DNA of 64,000 nt from an uncultured Spirochaetota bacterium (lineage in GTDB: Bacteria > Spirochaetota > UBA4802 > UBA5550). The DNA is taken from positions 512,001 through 576,000 of the forward strand of contig CAWHAA010000004.1 of assembly GCA_963827275.1 (NCBI GenBank), written 5' to 3'. The notes below the pieces were generated by a model, which worked only from the letters and a program-made list of their open reading frames with translations, had not been told where the DNA came from and made no database searches. The position numbers and the translations under genes are program-made. The number at the start of each line of letters is the position of its first letter. The stretch's first letter is position 1. Of this stretch, positions 46,130 to 56,008 are shown in pieces.

Positions 46130-46387
46130 GGACAGTAGTGCGTCATACTAACGGGATTGTTGGAGGATTTCAATTAATATTTGTATTTTTTTATCAATAT
46201 GACATAACAGGAGGCGGTATCCGGCGGCGGGTGTTCCTGCCGGTAATAATCCCGTTGTAAGGCCGGGCATGATTTTTTATTTGACAATCCGAGAAAAAAA
46301 TGCCACCGTCGGATAGTGCCATACTGTCAGGATGCGTGTAAACACCCCCGTACCACATCCGGAAAACGTTGCAGTGGATGATTGATT

Positions 46388-46762
46388 ATGGAAAAAAGAA
46401 ACACCATCAGGGTCCCATTTCATGTACGCTCGGTTGTCAAGCACCGGGACCGCGTCATTGAGGGAGAGGTGGAAAACCTGAGCACGGGCGGCATGCTGCT
46501 CAAAACCCCGAATGATATAGCCGCGGGCGAGTCAGTCTCGGTATCGATATTTTTATACGGCTCCAGCTCGCACCTTGCCCTCAATATCGCGGGCACGATC
46601 GTTCGTCACACGGGCGCGAGCGTGGCCATCAAGTTCACCGAGCTCGACCTGGATTCGTTCATACACCTGCGGAATATCGTGTCACGCAACGCGTTTGACG
46701 AGGAAAAGGTGATCAGGGAATTCCAGGAATTCAACGCCGAAGATGCCATGAAAGATCAATAG
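46388..46762 (+). CDS. PilZ-domain protein
   Basis: RxxxR (RNTIR) and NLSTGG c-di-GMP-binding motifs. Confidence 0.85.
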   Translation: MEKRNTIRVPFHVRSVVKHRDRVIEGEVENLSTGGMLLKTPNDIAAGESVSVSIFLYGSSSHLALNIAGTIVRHTGASVAIKFTELDLDSFIHLRNIVSRNAFDEEKVIREFQEFNAEDAMKDQ

Positions 46763-47694
46763 CTCGACCACGCGGTCTCGAGTCGCTTGTTCCGGGCGTT
46801 TTCCGCCACGCGGAGCAGCGCGCGGTCGCGCTCCCATCCGGTCCGTGTTTTTTCATCAGCGGTTATCCAGTATTCATCAAGCCCTTCAATGAGTGATCCC
46901 ATCTGCGCGTGAAGGCCCCCGACGGCGATGTGCAGGGCCGGCGACGACTGGTCGTCGTGCGAGAGGGTACGCGCGCATGCGATGGCGGCAATGATCCGCT
47001 CTTTCACGGCGTGCGGCCAGCGAAACAGGCACGCGCAACGGAAGAGGTAGCCCAGGACGGCGCTCTCGACATGAAGGTCCTCGATGGTGCGGAAGGGCTT
47101 TATGTAGCCGGTGTAGCCGTCACCGGGGAGGAGGTCCCGGTCGGCTACGGCGACATCGCTAAACGCCACGGTGCCGTGGCTTATCTCCGGCACGAAGGTG
47201 AGGCCGGTCATCGCGTTGACTTCCACGCCGGGCGCGCTCCTGCCGACCAGCGCCATCCGGAGCATGTTTTTCCCGTCCGGCGACGTTCCCGTCGAGGCTG
47301 CCACGAGGAGGAGCTCGGCCTCCATCGCCATGGTGACGAACTTCTTCCCGCCGTTGAGCGTCCAGGACCCGCCATCCGCCTTTTTCAGCGATGCCCGTAT
47401 CGACGACGGGTGTCCGCCCTTTTCCTCGGTGACGCAGAAGGAGACGACGGCGCGTTCCGGGAGCGACGGCACGAGCCGCCTGAGAGCGGTCTCGTAGCCC
47501 GCGGCGAACGCGTAGGCGGTACGGTCGGCAAGGAACCCGCCGATGACCGCGCGGTCGGCCGGGGAGTCCCATCCCGCCGCCTCGCCGTCGAAGCGTTTTT
47601 TCCAATCGGCGACCGATGCGAGCTCAGCCGTATCGACCCGCTCCTGACGTGCGAGGAGCCATCCCAGTATCCCGGACCCCGTGTTTGTTTCCAT
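46756..47694 (-). CDS. Acyl-CoA dehydrogenase-like protein
   Basis: SFCVTE, WTLNGGKKFVT, PEISH and KPFRTIED. Confidence 0.75.
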   Translation of the reverse strand: METNTGSGILGWLLARQERVDTAELASVADWKKRFDGEAAGWDSPADRAVIGGFLADRTAYAFAAGYETALRRLVPSLPERAVVSFCVTEEKGGHPSSIRASLKKADGGSWTLNGGKKFVTMAMEAELLLVAASTGTSPDGKNMLRMALVGRSAPGVEVNAMTGLTFVPEISHGTVAFSDVAVADRDLLPGDGYTGYIKPFRTIEDLHVESAVLGYLFRCACLFRWPHAVKERIIAAIACARTLSHDDQSSPALHIAVGGLHAQMGSLIEGLDEYWITADEKTRTGWERDRALLRVAENARNKRLETAWSSY

Positions 47695-47808
47695 GGCGCT
47701 ATCCTTTTGAAAGTGGTCTCATGCCGCCCGTTGCCGCATCCTGTATCAGGATGTAGGGCGCGTGCCGTTATTGTTCAATAACAATTTTCAACAATTTTCG
47801 CGTCCCGC

Positions 47809-48486
47809 TCAGATTACGAAAATTTCCATCAACACCTGGTAGGAATAGTTCAATTCCTTCATGAGGTGTTCCCTGCCGGGGTTCAGGTCGGGGTGGAAGG
47901 ACCTGGCCAGCTCGTGGTATCTCGCCTGTATGCGCTTTTTCGTGGGGCGGGACAGGCCGAACACCGCCAGCGCCCGCTCGACCTCCCCCCGGCGGAGCGA
48001 GTAGATGACGACGCCCTTCATCAGTTTTTCGAGCACCGGGCTTGTTCCGAAAGAGATGTTGTCCGGGTTGGTGTAGAAATCGCGGAGGGGGTCAAACGAA
48101 GGAGCGGCCAGGACAAGGGGATCGAGGTGCTCCGGACAATAGCCGTCGTCACCGGCGGCGCGGCCGCAGTAGCGGCCGGTCCCGGGAACGTAATGCCTGC
48201 ACGAGCCGGGCCCCGGCACCCGCACGAGCCTGATCCTCATCGGGTCAAGGTGGAGGTAATAGCCCCGCGCGCCCGCATCGGCTTTCAGGCGGTAGAGCGC
48301 GTGGAAGAGCGAGAAGTGGAGCTCGAACAGCCGCTCCCTCCCCGGGGGGATCCTCCGCTCTCCGGTGGCCATCTTCAGCAGGTCCGTTTCCGCCGCGGGC
48401 CCGTCAAGTCCGTCGAGCATGCTGAAGAGCGCGGTCGTGTCGAATTCTTTCAGGCGGGGCCCCCCGCCGCCGCTTCCGGCCGTCAT
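47809..48486 (-). CDS. DnaJ-related protein with C-terminal J domain
   Basis: LFELHFSLFHALYRL N-terminal domain and C-terminal YHELARSFHPD...LNYSY. Confidence 0.75.
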   Translation of the reverse strand: MTAGSGGGGPRLKEFDTTALFSMLDGLDGPAAETDLLKMATGERRIPPGRERLFELHFSLFHALYRLKADAGARGYYLHLDPMRIRLVRVPGPGSCRHYVPGTGRYCGRAAGDDGYCPEHLDPLVLAAPSFDPLRDFYTNPDNISFGTSPVLEKLMKGVVIYSLRRGEVERALAVFGLSRPTKKRIQARYHELARSFHPDLNPGREHLMKELNYSYQVLMEIFVI

Positions 48487-48498
48487 AATCGCGCCGCC

Positions 48499-50913
48499 TC
48501 ATTCCCTGAGGAGGACGACCGTCACACCGTCCCCCCCTTCGCCCGACTCGCCGGGCCGCTGGCCCGCGGCGTAGGGACTGCGCCGGAGGTTGGCCCGCAC
48601 CGCCTCCTTCATCGCCCCGGTCCCGTGCCCGTGGATGACCACTGCCGCGTCGATCCCGGCGCGGACCATCCGGTCGAGGTCACGCTCCATATCGCGCAGC
48701 CCTTCCTCCACCCGCTTGCCCCTGAGGTCGATGGTGTTGTACGCGGTCTGGATCACCGGCGGAATTTCGCCGTCCGTCCGCCGAACCTCCTCCTTCGCGG
48801 GTTTGCGCGCGGCATGGCGCGCGGGGCGGTCCCCGGTCCGGAGCGGCCGGTGCAGGTCGCCGAAACCGAAGGTCGACCTGATGGCGTTCCCCATGAGCAC
48901 CGATGCCTGCCGCCGCCCGCCGTCGACCGACTCGACCACGGCCTCCTGCTCCAGGGAGAGCACGAACACGGTGTCGCCTTTCTTTAGCGCGTCGGGGTCG
49001 ATGGGAGCGTAGCGGTCCGGGAAAAGCTTGCCCTTGTCGCGGCGCAGGTCGCCGTGGACGGTGTCTTCAATTTTACGGACCTCCTGCCTGGCGCTCCCCG
49101 CCTCCTTCATGTTCATGCGCTGGAGCCCGGCGATACGCGCGGTCACGAGCCTGCGGTATTCCTTCAGGTCGTCCAGGAACTCGATCCCCTCCTTCTGCTT
49201 TATCTCCTGCGCGCGCTTTTCAAGGAGCCTCATCAGCTCGTCGTATTCGCTCTTTTCCTTCTCGAGTCCCGCGGCGAACCCTTCAAGGCGCGATTTCTTT
49301 TCATCGAGCTCCTGCTCGTAGGCCTGGACCTTCTCGATCAGGGCCTCCATGCTGATCTCCCTGCTGTCGAGGAGGGACCGCGCGCGGGAGACGACGCCGC
49401 CGGGGAGGCCGTAGTTTTTCGCTATCTCGATGGCATAGCTCACGCCGGGCAGGCCCGCGATCAGCCGGAAGGTGGGCCGCAGCGTGTCCAGGTCGAACGA
49501 GACCGAGGCGTTCCTGAACCGGGGATCGACGGACGGGAGGTCCTTCAGCTCGGTGTAGTGCGTGGTGACCACGATCCTGCTCCCGGTTTCGACGAGCGAT
49601 TCGAGGATGGCCTGCGCCAGCGCCGCGCCCTGGCGGGGGTTGGTCCCCACGATGATCTCGTCGATGATGACAAGCGTTCTCTCGCTCGCGGCCGAGAGCA
49701 TTTCGTTGATGACCACGATCTGGCCGGAGAAGGTCGAGAGCGACTGCGACAGGCTCTGGTCGTCGCCGATGTCGGCCAGTATCCTGTCATAGATGCCGAT
49801 GCGCGAGTCGGGACCCGCCGGCAGGTGGAGCCCGAGCATCGCGAAGAGGACGCACAGGCCGATGGTCTTGAGGAGGACGGTTTTGCCGCCCGTGTTCGCG
49901 CCGGATATGATGAGGCAGCGGTACGATTCGCCGAGGTTGATGTCGTTCGCCACCACCGTGTCCGGCGACATGAGGGTCAGGATCGGGTGGCGGGCCCCGT
50001 AGAGGACGATCTCGCCCGAGTCCGCGACCTCCGGCTCGGAGCACCTGGTGTCGATGCTGAAGCGCGCCGCCGCGGCGAGAAAGTCAAGGGCGCCGATCAC
50101 GTCGAGGTTCCCGAGGAGCGGGCCCGCGTGCTCCGCCGCCTTCGCCGAGAGGGCGCGGAGTATCCTGGCGGTCTCGGCCTGGAGCTCCTTTTCCAGCATG
50201 AGCGCCCTGTTGTTGAGCGGCGTTATTTCAACGGGTTCGATGTAATAGGTGGCGCCGCTCGAGGATATGTCGTGCACCGTGCCCCTGACGCGCTCCTTCA
50301 TCCCGGCCTTCACCAGGATGACGTACCGGTCATTGCGGGTGGTGGAGACCTTCTCCTGGAGCACGGCTTCCATGTTCGGCGCGTGGATGATGCCGGAGAT
50401 CTTCTTTTCCATCTCCTGCCGCGCGGCGCGGAGCTCGTCCCGGATCCTCCCGAGCTGCGGGTACGCGCTTTCGCTCAGCTCCCCGGTATCGGTTATCGAG
50501 CCGGTAAACAGGTCGGCGATGCCGGCAAGCCGGTCCATCCTTCCGTGCTCTTCCGCGAGGAGGGGAAACTCGTCCTTCGCCTCGCGTAAAAATTTCAGGG
50601 TCCTGCCCGATGCGATCATGAACGAGCGCAGCGCGGCCAGCTCCTCGAGCTTCAGGATGCCGCCCTTTTCCGCGATGGCCACGCACGGCCCGATATCGGT
50701 GATACCGGAAAAATCGGGCGCGCGGTTCCGGCCTGTCATTTCCTTCAGGTTGCTGATCTTCCTCATGCGCGTCCTGGCCGCCTCGGGGCGGAGGGGGGTG
50801 AGGCCGTCAACCAGCGCGGCCCCTGCCGGCGTCGCGCACCGGCCGCGCAGCGCTGCCCTGATAACGGGCCATTCGAGGACTTCAAGGACGCGTGGGGTGA
50901 TATGCTCGTTCAT
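48499..50913 (-). CDS. mutS2: Endonuclease MutS2 (Smr domain)
   Basis: SSSGATYYIEP, ARHP, ISGANTGGKT, DIGDDQS..QSLSTFS, TTHY and Smr motifs IDLRG/IHGHGTG. Confidence 0.93.
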   Translation of the reverse strand: MNEHITPRVLEVLEWPVIRAALRGRCATPAGAALVDGLTPLRPEAARTRMRKISNLKEMTGRNRAPDFSGITDIGPCVAIAEKGGILKLEELAALRSFMIASGRTLKFLREAKDEFPLLAEEHGRMDRLAGIADLFTGSITDTGELSESAYPQLGRIRDELRAARQEMEKKISGIIHAPNMEAVLQEKVSTTRNDRYVILVKAGMKERVRGTVHDISSSGATYYIEPVEITPLNNRALMLEKELQAETARILRALSAKAAEHAGPLLGNLDVIGALDFLAAAARFSIDTRCSEPEVADSGEIVLYGARHPILTLMSPDTVVANDINLGESYRCLIISGANTGGKTVLLKTIGLCVLFAMLGLHLPAGPDSRIGIYDRILADIGDDQSLSQSLSTFSGQIVVINEMLSAASERTLVIIDEIIVGTNPRQGAALAQAILESLVETGSRIVVTTHYTELKDLPSVDPRFRNASVSFDLDTLRPTFRLIAGLPGVSYAIEIAKNYGLPGGVVSRARSLLDSREISMEALIEKVQAYEQELDEKKSRLEGFAAGLEKEKSEYDELMRLLEKRAQEIKQKEGIEFLDDLKEYRRLVTARIAGLQRMNMKEAGSARQEVRKIEDTVHGDLRRDKGKLFPDRYAPIDPDALKKGDTVFVLSLEQEAVVESVDGGRRQASVLMGNAIRSTFGFGDLHRPLRTGDRPARHAARKPAKEEVRRTDGEIPPVIQTAYNTIDLRGKRVEEGLRDMERDLDRMVRAGIDAAVVIHGHGTGAMKEAVRANLRRSPYAAGQRPGESGEGGDGVTVVLLRE

Positions 50914-51153
50914 GCCGTCTCGGTGTATGAAGGATTCAATCGTACGCCTGTCACTACCATGCTGTCGATATAAACGGGGGCCGAGTCAAGTAGAATTATT
51001 CATTTTTCGTCCTGCGGTGTATTGGCAGGATCAAGAATCTGTCCGGAGACAATCGGCACCGGCGCCATGTTTTATCATTTTTGTGATTGACTTATAGGGT
51101 CATCTGTACCTATTTTTCAAAAATTCAATTTTTCAATGATGTGATCGCTATCA

Positions 51154-52617
51154 ATGCTCTATAATTCATTTGAATACATTTTTGTCTTTCTGCCGCCGGC
51201 CATGGTGATATTCTTTCTCCTCGGGCACCGGGGGCTGCCCGGCGCGGCCCGGGCATGGCTTCTGCTCTGCAGCATTTTTTATTACAGCTACTGGAACATC
51301 AGCCATCTTCCCCTCATTGCCGGCTCAACGGTCATCAATTTCGGCATCGGCTGGGCCCTGGCCGGCGGCATGGACGCGCCGGCGGGGATCTCCCGCAGGG
51401 CGCTGCTCCGGGCGGGCGTTCTCTTCAACCTGTTCATCCTGGGGTACTACAAGTACACCGGCTTTTTCATCGAGACGGCGAACACCCTGTTCGGCGCGGG
51501 GCTGGCCCCGCTGAACATGTCCCAGCCGGTTGGCATAAGCTATTTTACGTTTATCCAGATCGCCTTCGTGGTGGCCGCGTACCGGGGCGCGGGCAGGGAG
51601 GGAAGCATCCTGAATTACGGGCTCTTCTCCGCCTTTTTCCCCCAGATCCTCTCCGGTCCCATCGTGTATCACAAGGAGATGATACGGCAGTATGCCGACC
51701 CCGGCAACACGAGGGTGAACTACGACAATCTCATGAAAGGGGTCCTGATGTTCTCGATCGGGCTCTTCAAGAAGACGGTGATCGCCGACAGCCTGGCCGT
51801 GTGGGCGGTGCAGGGCTTTGACCACGCGCAGACCCTGAATTTTTTCGAAGCCTGGTTCACCTCCCTCTCCTTCACGTTCCAGCTCTACAATGACTTCAGC
51901 GGCTGCATCGACATGGCCAACGGGATCGCCCTGATGCTGAACATCCGGTTCCCGCTCAACTTCGATTCTCCCTACAAGTCCCTGAGCCTCCAGGAGTACT
52001 GGCGCAAGTTCCACATGACGCTGATACGGTTCCTCCGGGACCACGTGTACATACCGCTGGGAGGGAGCCGCAAGGGACAGGCGCGCCTCTACCTGAACAT
52101 CATGGCCATCTTCATCGTCGCGGGCCTGTGGCACGGCGCGACGCTGCCGTATGTTGCCTGGGGCGCGGTGAGCGGCGTCGCGATGATCATCAACCGCCTC
52201 TGGAGCAAGTCCGGGAGGAAGATGGGCCGGTACCCGGCGTGGTTCATCACCTTCAATTTTGTCAATATCGCCAACCTGATCTTCAGGGCCCCCAGCCTGG
52301 GTGACGCCGGGAAAATACTCAAGGGCATGGCGGGGCTGAACGGCGTAATGCTCCCGGAAAAGCTGAGCGGGTTCACGTTCCTGGGATCGGCGGGCATCGG
52401 GTTCGGCAAGTGGCTTGACAACATCGGCGGGGAGAGGTATTACCTCATATATTTCCTGGTTGCCGCGGCGCTGATCGCCTTCCTCGGGAAGAACGCCAGG
52501 GAGCTTTCTGAAAAGATGAAGCCGGACCTGAAGTGGGGGCTCTTCGTCGCGCTGCTGCTGGGCGCGGGCCTGCTGCACATGACGCAGGTCAGGGTGTTTC
52601 TGTATTTTAACTATTGA
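51154..52617 (+). CDS. MBOAT family O-acyltransferase (AlgI-like), second copy
   Basis: PVGISYFTF, SGPI, DFSG, NFDSPYKS, YIPLGG and AGLWHGA. Confidence 0.92.
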   Translation: MLYNSFEYIFVFLPPAMVIFFLLGHRGLPGAARAWLLLCSIFYYSYWNISHLPLIAGSTVINFGIGWALAGGMDAPAGISRRALLRAGVLFNLFILGYYKYTGFFIETANTLFGAGLAPLNMSQPVGISYFTFIQIAFVVAAYRGAGREGSILNYGLFSAFFPQILSGPIVYHKEMIRQYADPGNTRVNYDNLMKGVLMFSIGLFKKTVIADSLAVWAVQGFDHAQTLNFFEAWFTSLSFTFQLYNDFSGCIDMANGIALMLNIRFPLNFDSPYKSLSLQEYWRKFHMTLIRFLRDHVYIPLGGSRKGQARLYLNIMAIFIVAGLWHGATLPYVAWGAVSGVAMIINRLWSKSGRKMGRYPAWFITFNFVNIANLIFRAPSLGDAGKILKGMAGLNGVMLPEKLSGFTFLGSAGIGFGKWLDNIGGERYYLIYFLVAAALIAFLGKNARELSEKMKPDLKWGLFVALLLGAGLLHMTQVRVFLYFNY

Positions 52618-52627
52618 GACTGCGCTC

Positions 52628-53713
52628 ATGGACAACACAAAAAAATACTGGCTCGTAAAAACAGGGCTCCTGTCGCTCGTCATTCCCCTGCTGGTCATGG
52701 GCTTTAATTATTTCATGGACCCGCTCTGGTGCTTCCGCATCTCCCACAGGTACAACCAGCGCCAGATGGAGATCGACGAGCGCAAGCAGAAGACCAACTA
52801 CATAACCTACCGCGATTTCAATTACCGCGGGCTGCTGATCGGCTCCAGCCGGGCCGCGTTCATCTCCCAGTATTCCTTCAGGGGCCTTCCCGTGTACAAT
52901 TACTCGGTGAACGCTTTCAGGATAGACGAGCTTTCGCCCTTCACGAACTACGCCAAGAAGAGGAACGGCCGGGATTTCGACTACATCTTCCTCGGGCTTG
53001 ATTTCGAGAATGCGGGCCGGTACGCCGCCGACCCGGCGACCCTGGCGGCCGCCGGTGCGAACATAGAAGAGAGCAACTCCCTCTTCTACCGTGTGAAGAC
53101 CCTGCTCAGCATCGACACCGCCAGGCATTCCTGGAAGAACCTCGAGAACTACCGCAAGGCCCCCTGGCGCTACTATGACAGGAACAACGTGGAGCATACC
53201 AGGAAGCACACCGAGGAAGAGCTCGTCGGCATCTACACGATGCACCTCCGTGAATACACCGATAAAAAGACGTCACGCTACCGCAATTTCGTGTATAACG
53301 AGGAATACAAGGGATACCTGGAGCAATATAAAAAAGAGAACCCGCGGAGCTCCATCGTCGTTTTCGTCACGCCGACGGCGCTGCCGGTCATGGAGATGGT
53401 TGTGGCCTATGGCCTGCTCGATGATTATTTGCGGTGGCTCTCCGAAATCGTCGATGTGTACGGCGAGCTGTACCTCTTCATGTACCCGAACGCGGTCACC
53501 AGAGACTACTTCAGGTATTTCTTCGACCCGGGACACGCCTATCCCTGGGTCGGGGACAGGATGGTCGATGCCATCTACAACAAAAAAATCAACGGCGACA
53601 CCGAATTCGGGATGCTCGTCACGCGGTCCAACTTCGCGGAGAAGCGCGCGCTCCTCGCGCGTCTCATGAGCGGCGTGCGCGATCCCCGTTTCGGACCGAT
53701 GATCAGGGACTGA
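52628..53713 (+). CDS. Periplasmic partner of the MBOAT protein (SGNH-like)
   Basis: N-terminal anchor NYFMDP, IGSSR and FFDPGH (DxxH). Adjacent to the MBOAT gene. Confidence 0.65.
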   Translation: MDNTKKYWLVKTGLLSLVIPLLVMGFNYFMDPLWCFRISHRYNQRQMEIDERKQKTNYITYRDFNYRGLLIGSSRAAFISQYSFRGLPVYNYSVNAFRIDELSPFTNYAKKRNGRDFDYIFLGLDFENAGRYAADPATLAAAGANIEESNSLFYRVKTLLSIDTARHSWKNLENYRKAPWRYYDRNNVEHTRKHTEEELVGIYTMHLREYTDKKTSRYRNFVYNEEYKGYLEQYKKENPRSSIVVFVTPTALPVMEMVVAYGLLDDYLRWLSEIVDVYGELYLFMYPNAVTRDYFRYFFDPGHAYPWVGDRMVDAIYNKKINGDTEFGMLVTRSNFAEKRALLARLMSGVRDPRFGPMIRD

Positions 53714-53938
53714 CCGCCGGCCGCGCCCGCAGCGCGGCCGACCCCCGCGGCAGTCCGAAAATTCGTAACAAAGGCCCCGCCCGCGCACCATAAAATCAGT
53801 ATAAAAATTCGATAAATTACTTGATATTTTTTTAAAAAATTTAATTTTGGATACTTACACGGGTTAATCCTGACCCGGCCCCGTTATTTTCGCAAACGGC
53901 TGGCACTAATCTACGATATAGTTTCGGGAGAACGACAA

Positions 53939-54286
53939 TTGGGCAATGATGATTCACGCCGTCCCTGGGGTTTTTACGAAAATTTGACCGATGCGGCCGC
54001 CCACAAGGTGAAACGGATCACCGTGTATCCGGGAAAACGCCTCAGCCTTCAGAGCCACGCGCGGCGCTCCGAGCACTGGTTCATCGTTGAGGGCGAGGCG
54101 CTGTTTACGCTGAATACCGATGTCACTTCGCTCCGGCCCGGCATGGCCGTCGACATCGCGCGGGGCGACCGGCACCGCATCGAGTGCACCGGGTCGAAGA
54201 ACCTCGTGTTCATCGAGATCCAGACCGGCGATTACTTCGGGGAGGATGACATCATCCGCCACGAGGATGATTTCGGCAGGGCATAA
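53939..54286 (+). CDS. Mannose-6-phosphate isomerase type II C-terminal cupin protein
   Basis: RPWG, LSLQSH..RSEHW and IEIQTGDYFGEDDIIR. TTG start. Confidence 0.88.
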   Translation: MGNDDSRRPWGFYENLTDAAAHKVKRITVYPGKRLSLQSHARRSEHWFIVEGEALFTLNTDVTSLRPGMAVDIARGDRHRIECTGSKNLVFIEIQTGDYFGEDDIIRHEDDFGRA

Positions 54287-54307
54287 TCTTACTACCAGGA
54301 GCCATCC

Positions 54308-55238
54308 ATGATTACCGTCCGGGGAATAACGAAGCGGTTCGGCGATATCACGGCCGTGAACAACATCTCCTTCAGCATCAGGGAAGGGGAGATTACCGGC
54401 CTGCTCGGGCCCAACGGCGCGGGAAAGACGACGACCCTGCGCATGCTGACCTGCTACCTGAAGCCCGACAGCGGGACAATATCGATCGGGAAGTACAGCG
54501 TGGAAGACAGCCCGGTCGAGGTCAGGAAGACCATCGGCTACCTGCCCGAGTCCGCGCCGGTCTATAATGACATGCTGGTGTACGATTACCTCGCCTACAT
54601 TGCGGAGGTGAGGGGGATGGACGCCCCCGGGCGCATCGCCGAGATCGGCGGCCTCTGCGGCATCAACGACGTGATGCACATGATGATCGGAGAGCTCTCG
54701 AAGGGCTACCGCCAGCGGGTGGGGCTCGCCCAGTCGATGATACACGACCCGGACATCCTCATACTCGACGAGCCGACGAGCGGCCTTGACCCGAACCAGA
54801 TCATCGAGATCCGCAACCTGATCCGCGAGATCGGGAAGAGAAAGACGATAATTCTGTCGACCCACATCCTGCCGGAGGTCGAGGCGACCTGCGACCGGGT
54901 CATCATCATAGACCGGGGCTCCATCGTGGCCGACGACCGCACGGAGAGCCTCCAGGCCGTCATCGGGCGGCGAAAAGCGGGTCCTGGTGAGCGTGTCCGG
55001 CGCCGACTACCCGGCGCTCGCCGGCGCGCTTTCGGGCATCCCCGGCGTCATGAAGGTCGACGAGGTCCCCGGGACCGGGCTCGTCTCGGCGCGGGTGACG
55101 GCCGGCAGCGGCGCGGAGGTGCGGCCGGATATTTTTAAAATGGCCGGCGCCAACGGCTGGATACTGTATGAAATGACGCAGGAACAGCGGAGCCTTGAGC
55201 GGGTGTTCGGCGAGCTGACCGGAGGAGGTGCGAGATGA
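54308..55238 (+). CDS. ABC transporter ATP-binding protein (GldA-like), +1 frameshift near 54965
   Basis: GPNGAGKTT, LSKGYRQR, LDEPTSGLD and STH. The expected tail (...SLERVFGELT) is in another frame after ATCGGGCGGCGAA. Confidence 0.85.
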
Positions 55239-56002
55239 AGCTGCAGAACGTCACTATCAGGGAAGTGCTCATCGACGCGATGGCGCGCGTCAGGACCGGC
55301 GCCCGGGAGCCGCTGGCCATCATGAAAAAAGAGCTGATGACATACTTCTACACGCCGATCGCGTATATCGTGATCACCGCCTTCCTCGTGGTCACCGGGT
55401 TTTTCTTTTTCAAGGACTTCTTTTATTTCGGTCAGGCGGAGATGCGGGGCTTTTTCCAGTTCCTGCCCCTCGTCCTGACCCTGGTGGTCCCCGCCATAAC
55501 GATGCGCCTCTTCGCGGAGGAGATCCACAGCGGCACCATTGAAACGCTCATGACCCTCCCGGTCACCACGCTGGACGCGGTGCTGGGCAAGTTCCTGGCC
55601 GCGACCGCCTTCGTGTCGATCATGCTGGCGCCCACGCTGATCTACCTGGTGACTATCATCATCGTGGGATCGCCCGACCCCGGCCCGATCATCGGCGGGT
55701 ACCTGGGGGCGGTGCTCCTCGCCGGGGCCTATTCGGCGGTGGGGATACTGACGTCGTCACTGGGAAGGAACCAGATCATCGCTTTCATCGCGGGCCTCAT
55801 CGCCTGCTTTTTCCTCTGGCTGATCGACAAGATCACCATCTTCCTTCCCTCGAAGCTGGGTTTCCTGGAATACCTGGGGACGGATTATCATTTCAGGAAC
55901 ATCTCCCGGGGCATCATCGATTCGCGCGACCTGGTGTACTTCCTGTCGATTATCGCGATATCGATTCTCCTGACGACAAAAATCCTCGAGGACAGGAGAT
56001 AG
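55235..56002 (+). CDS. ABC-2 permease (GldF-like)
   Basis: KEL..YFYTPIAY, PAITMRLFAEE..SGT.E.L.T.P, GKF, NQIIA and GIIDSRD. Confidence 0.88.
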   Translation: MKLQNVTIREVLIDAMARVRTGAREPLAIMKKELMTYFYTPIAYIVITAFLVVTGFFFFKDFFYFGQAEMRGFFQFLPLVLTLVVPAITMRLFAEEIHSGTIETLMTLPVTTLDAVLGKFLAATAFVSIMLAPTLIYLVTIIIVGSPDPGPIIGGYLGAVLLAGAYSAVGILTSSLGRNQIIAFIAGLIACFFLWLIDKITIFLPSKLGFLEYLGTDYHFRNISRGIIDSRDLVYFLSIIAISILLTTKILEDRR

Positions 56003-56008
56003 AAGCGT

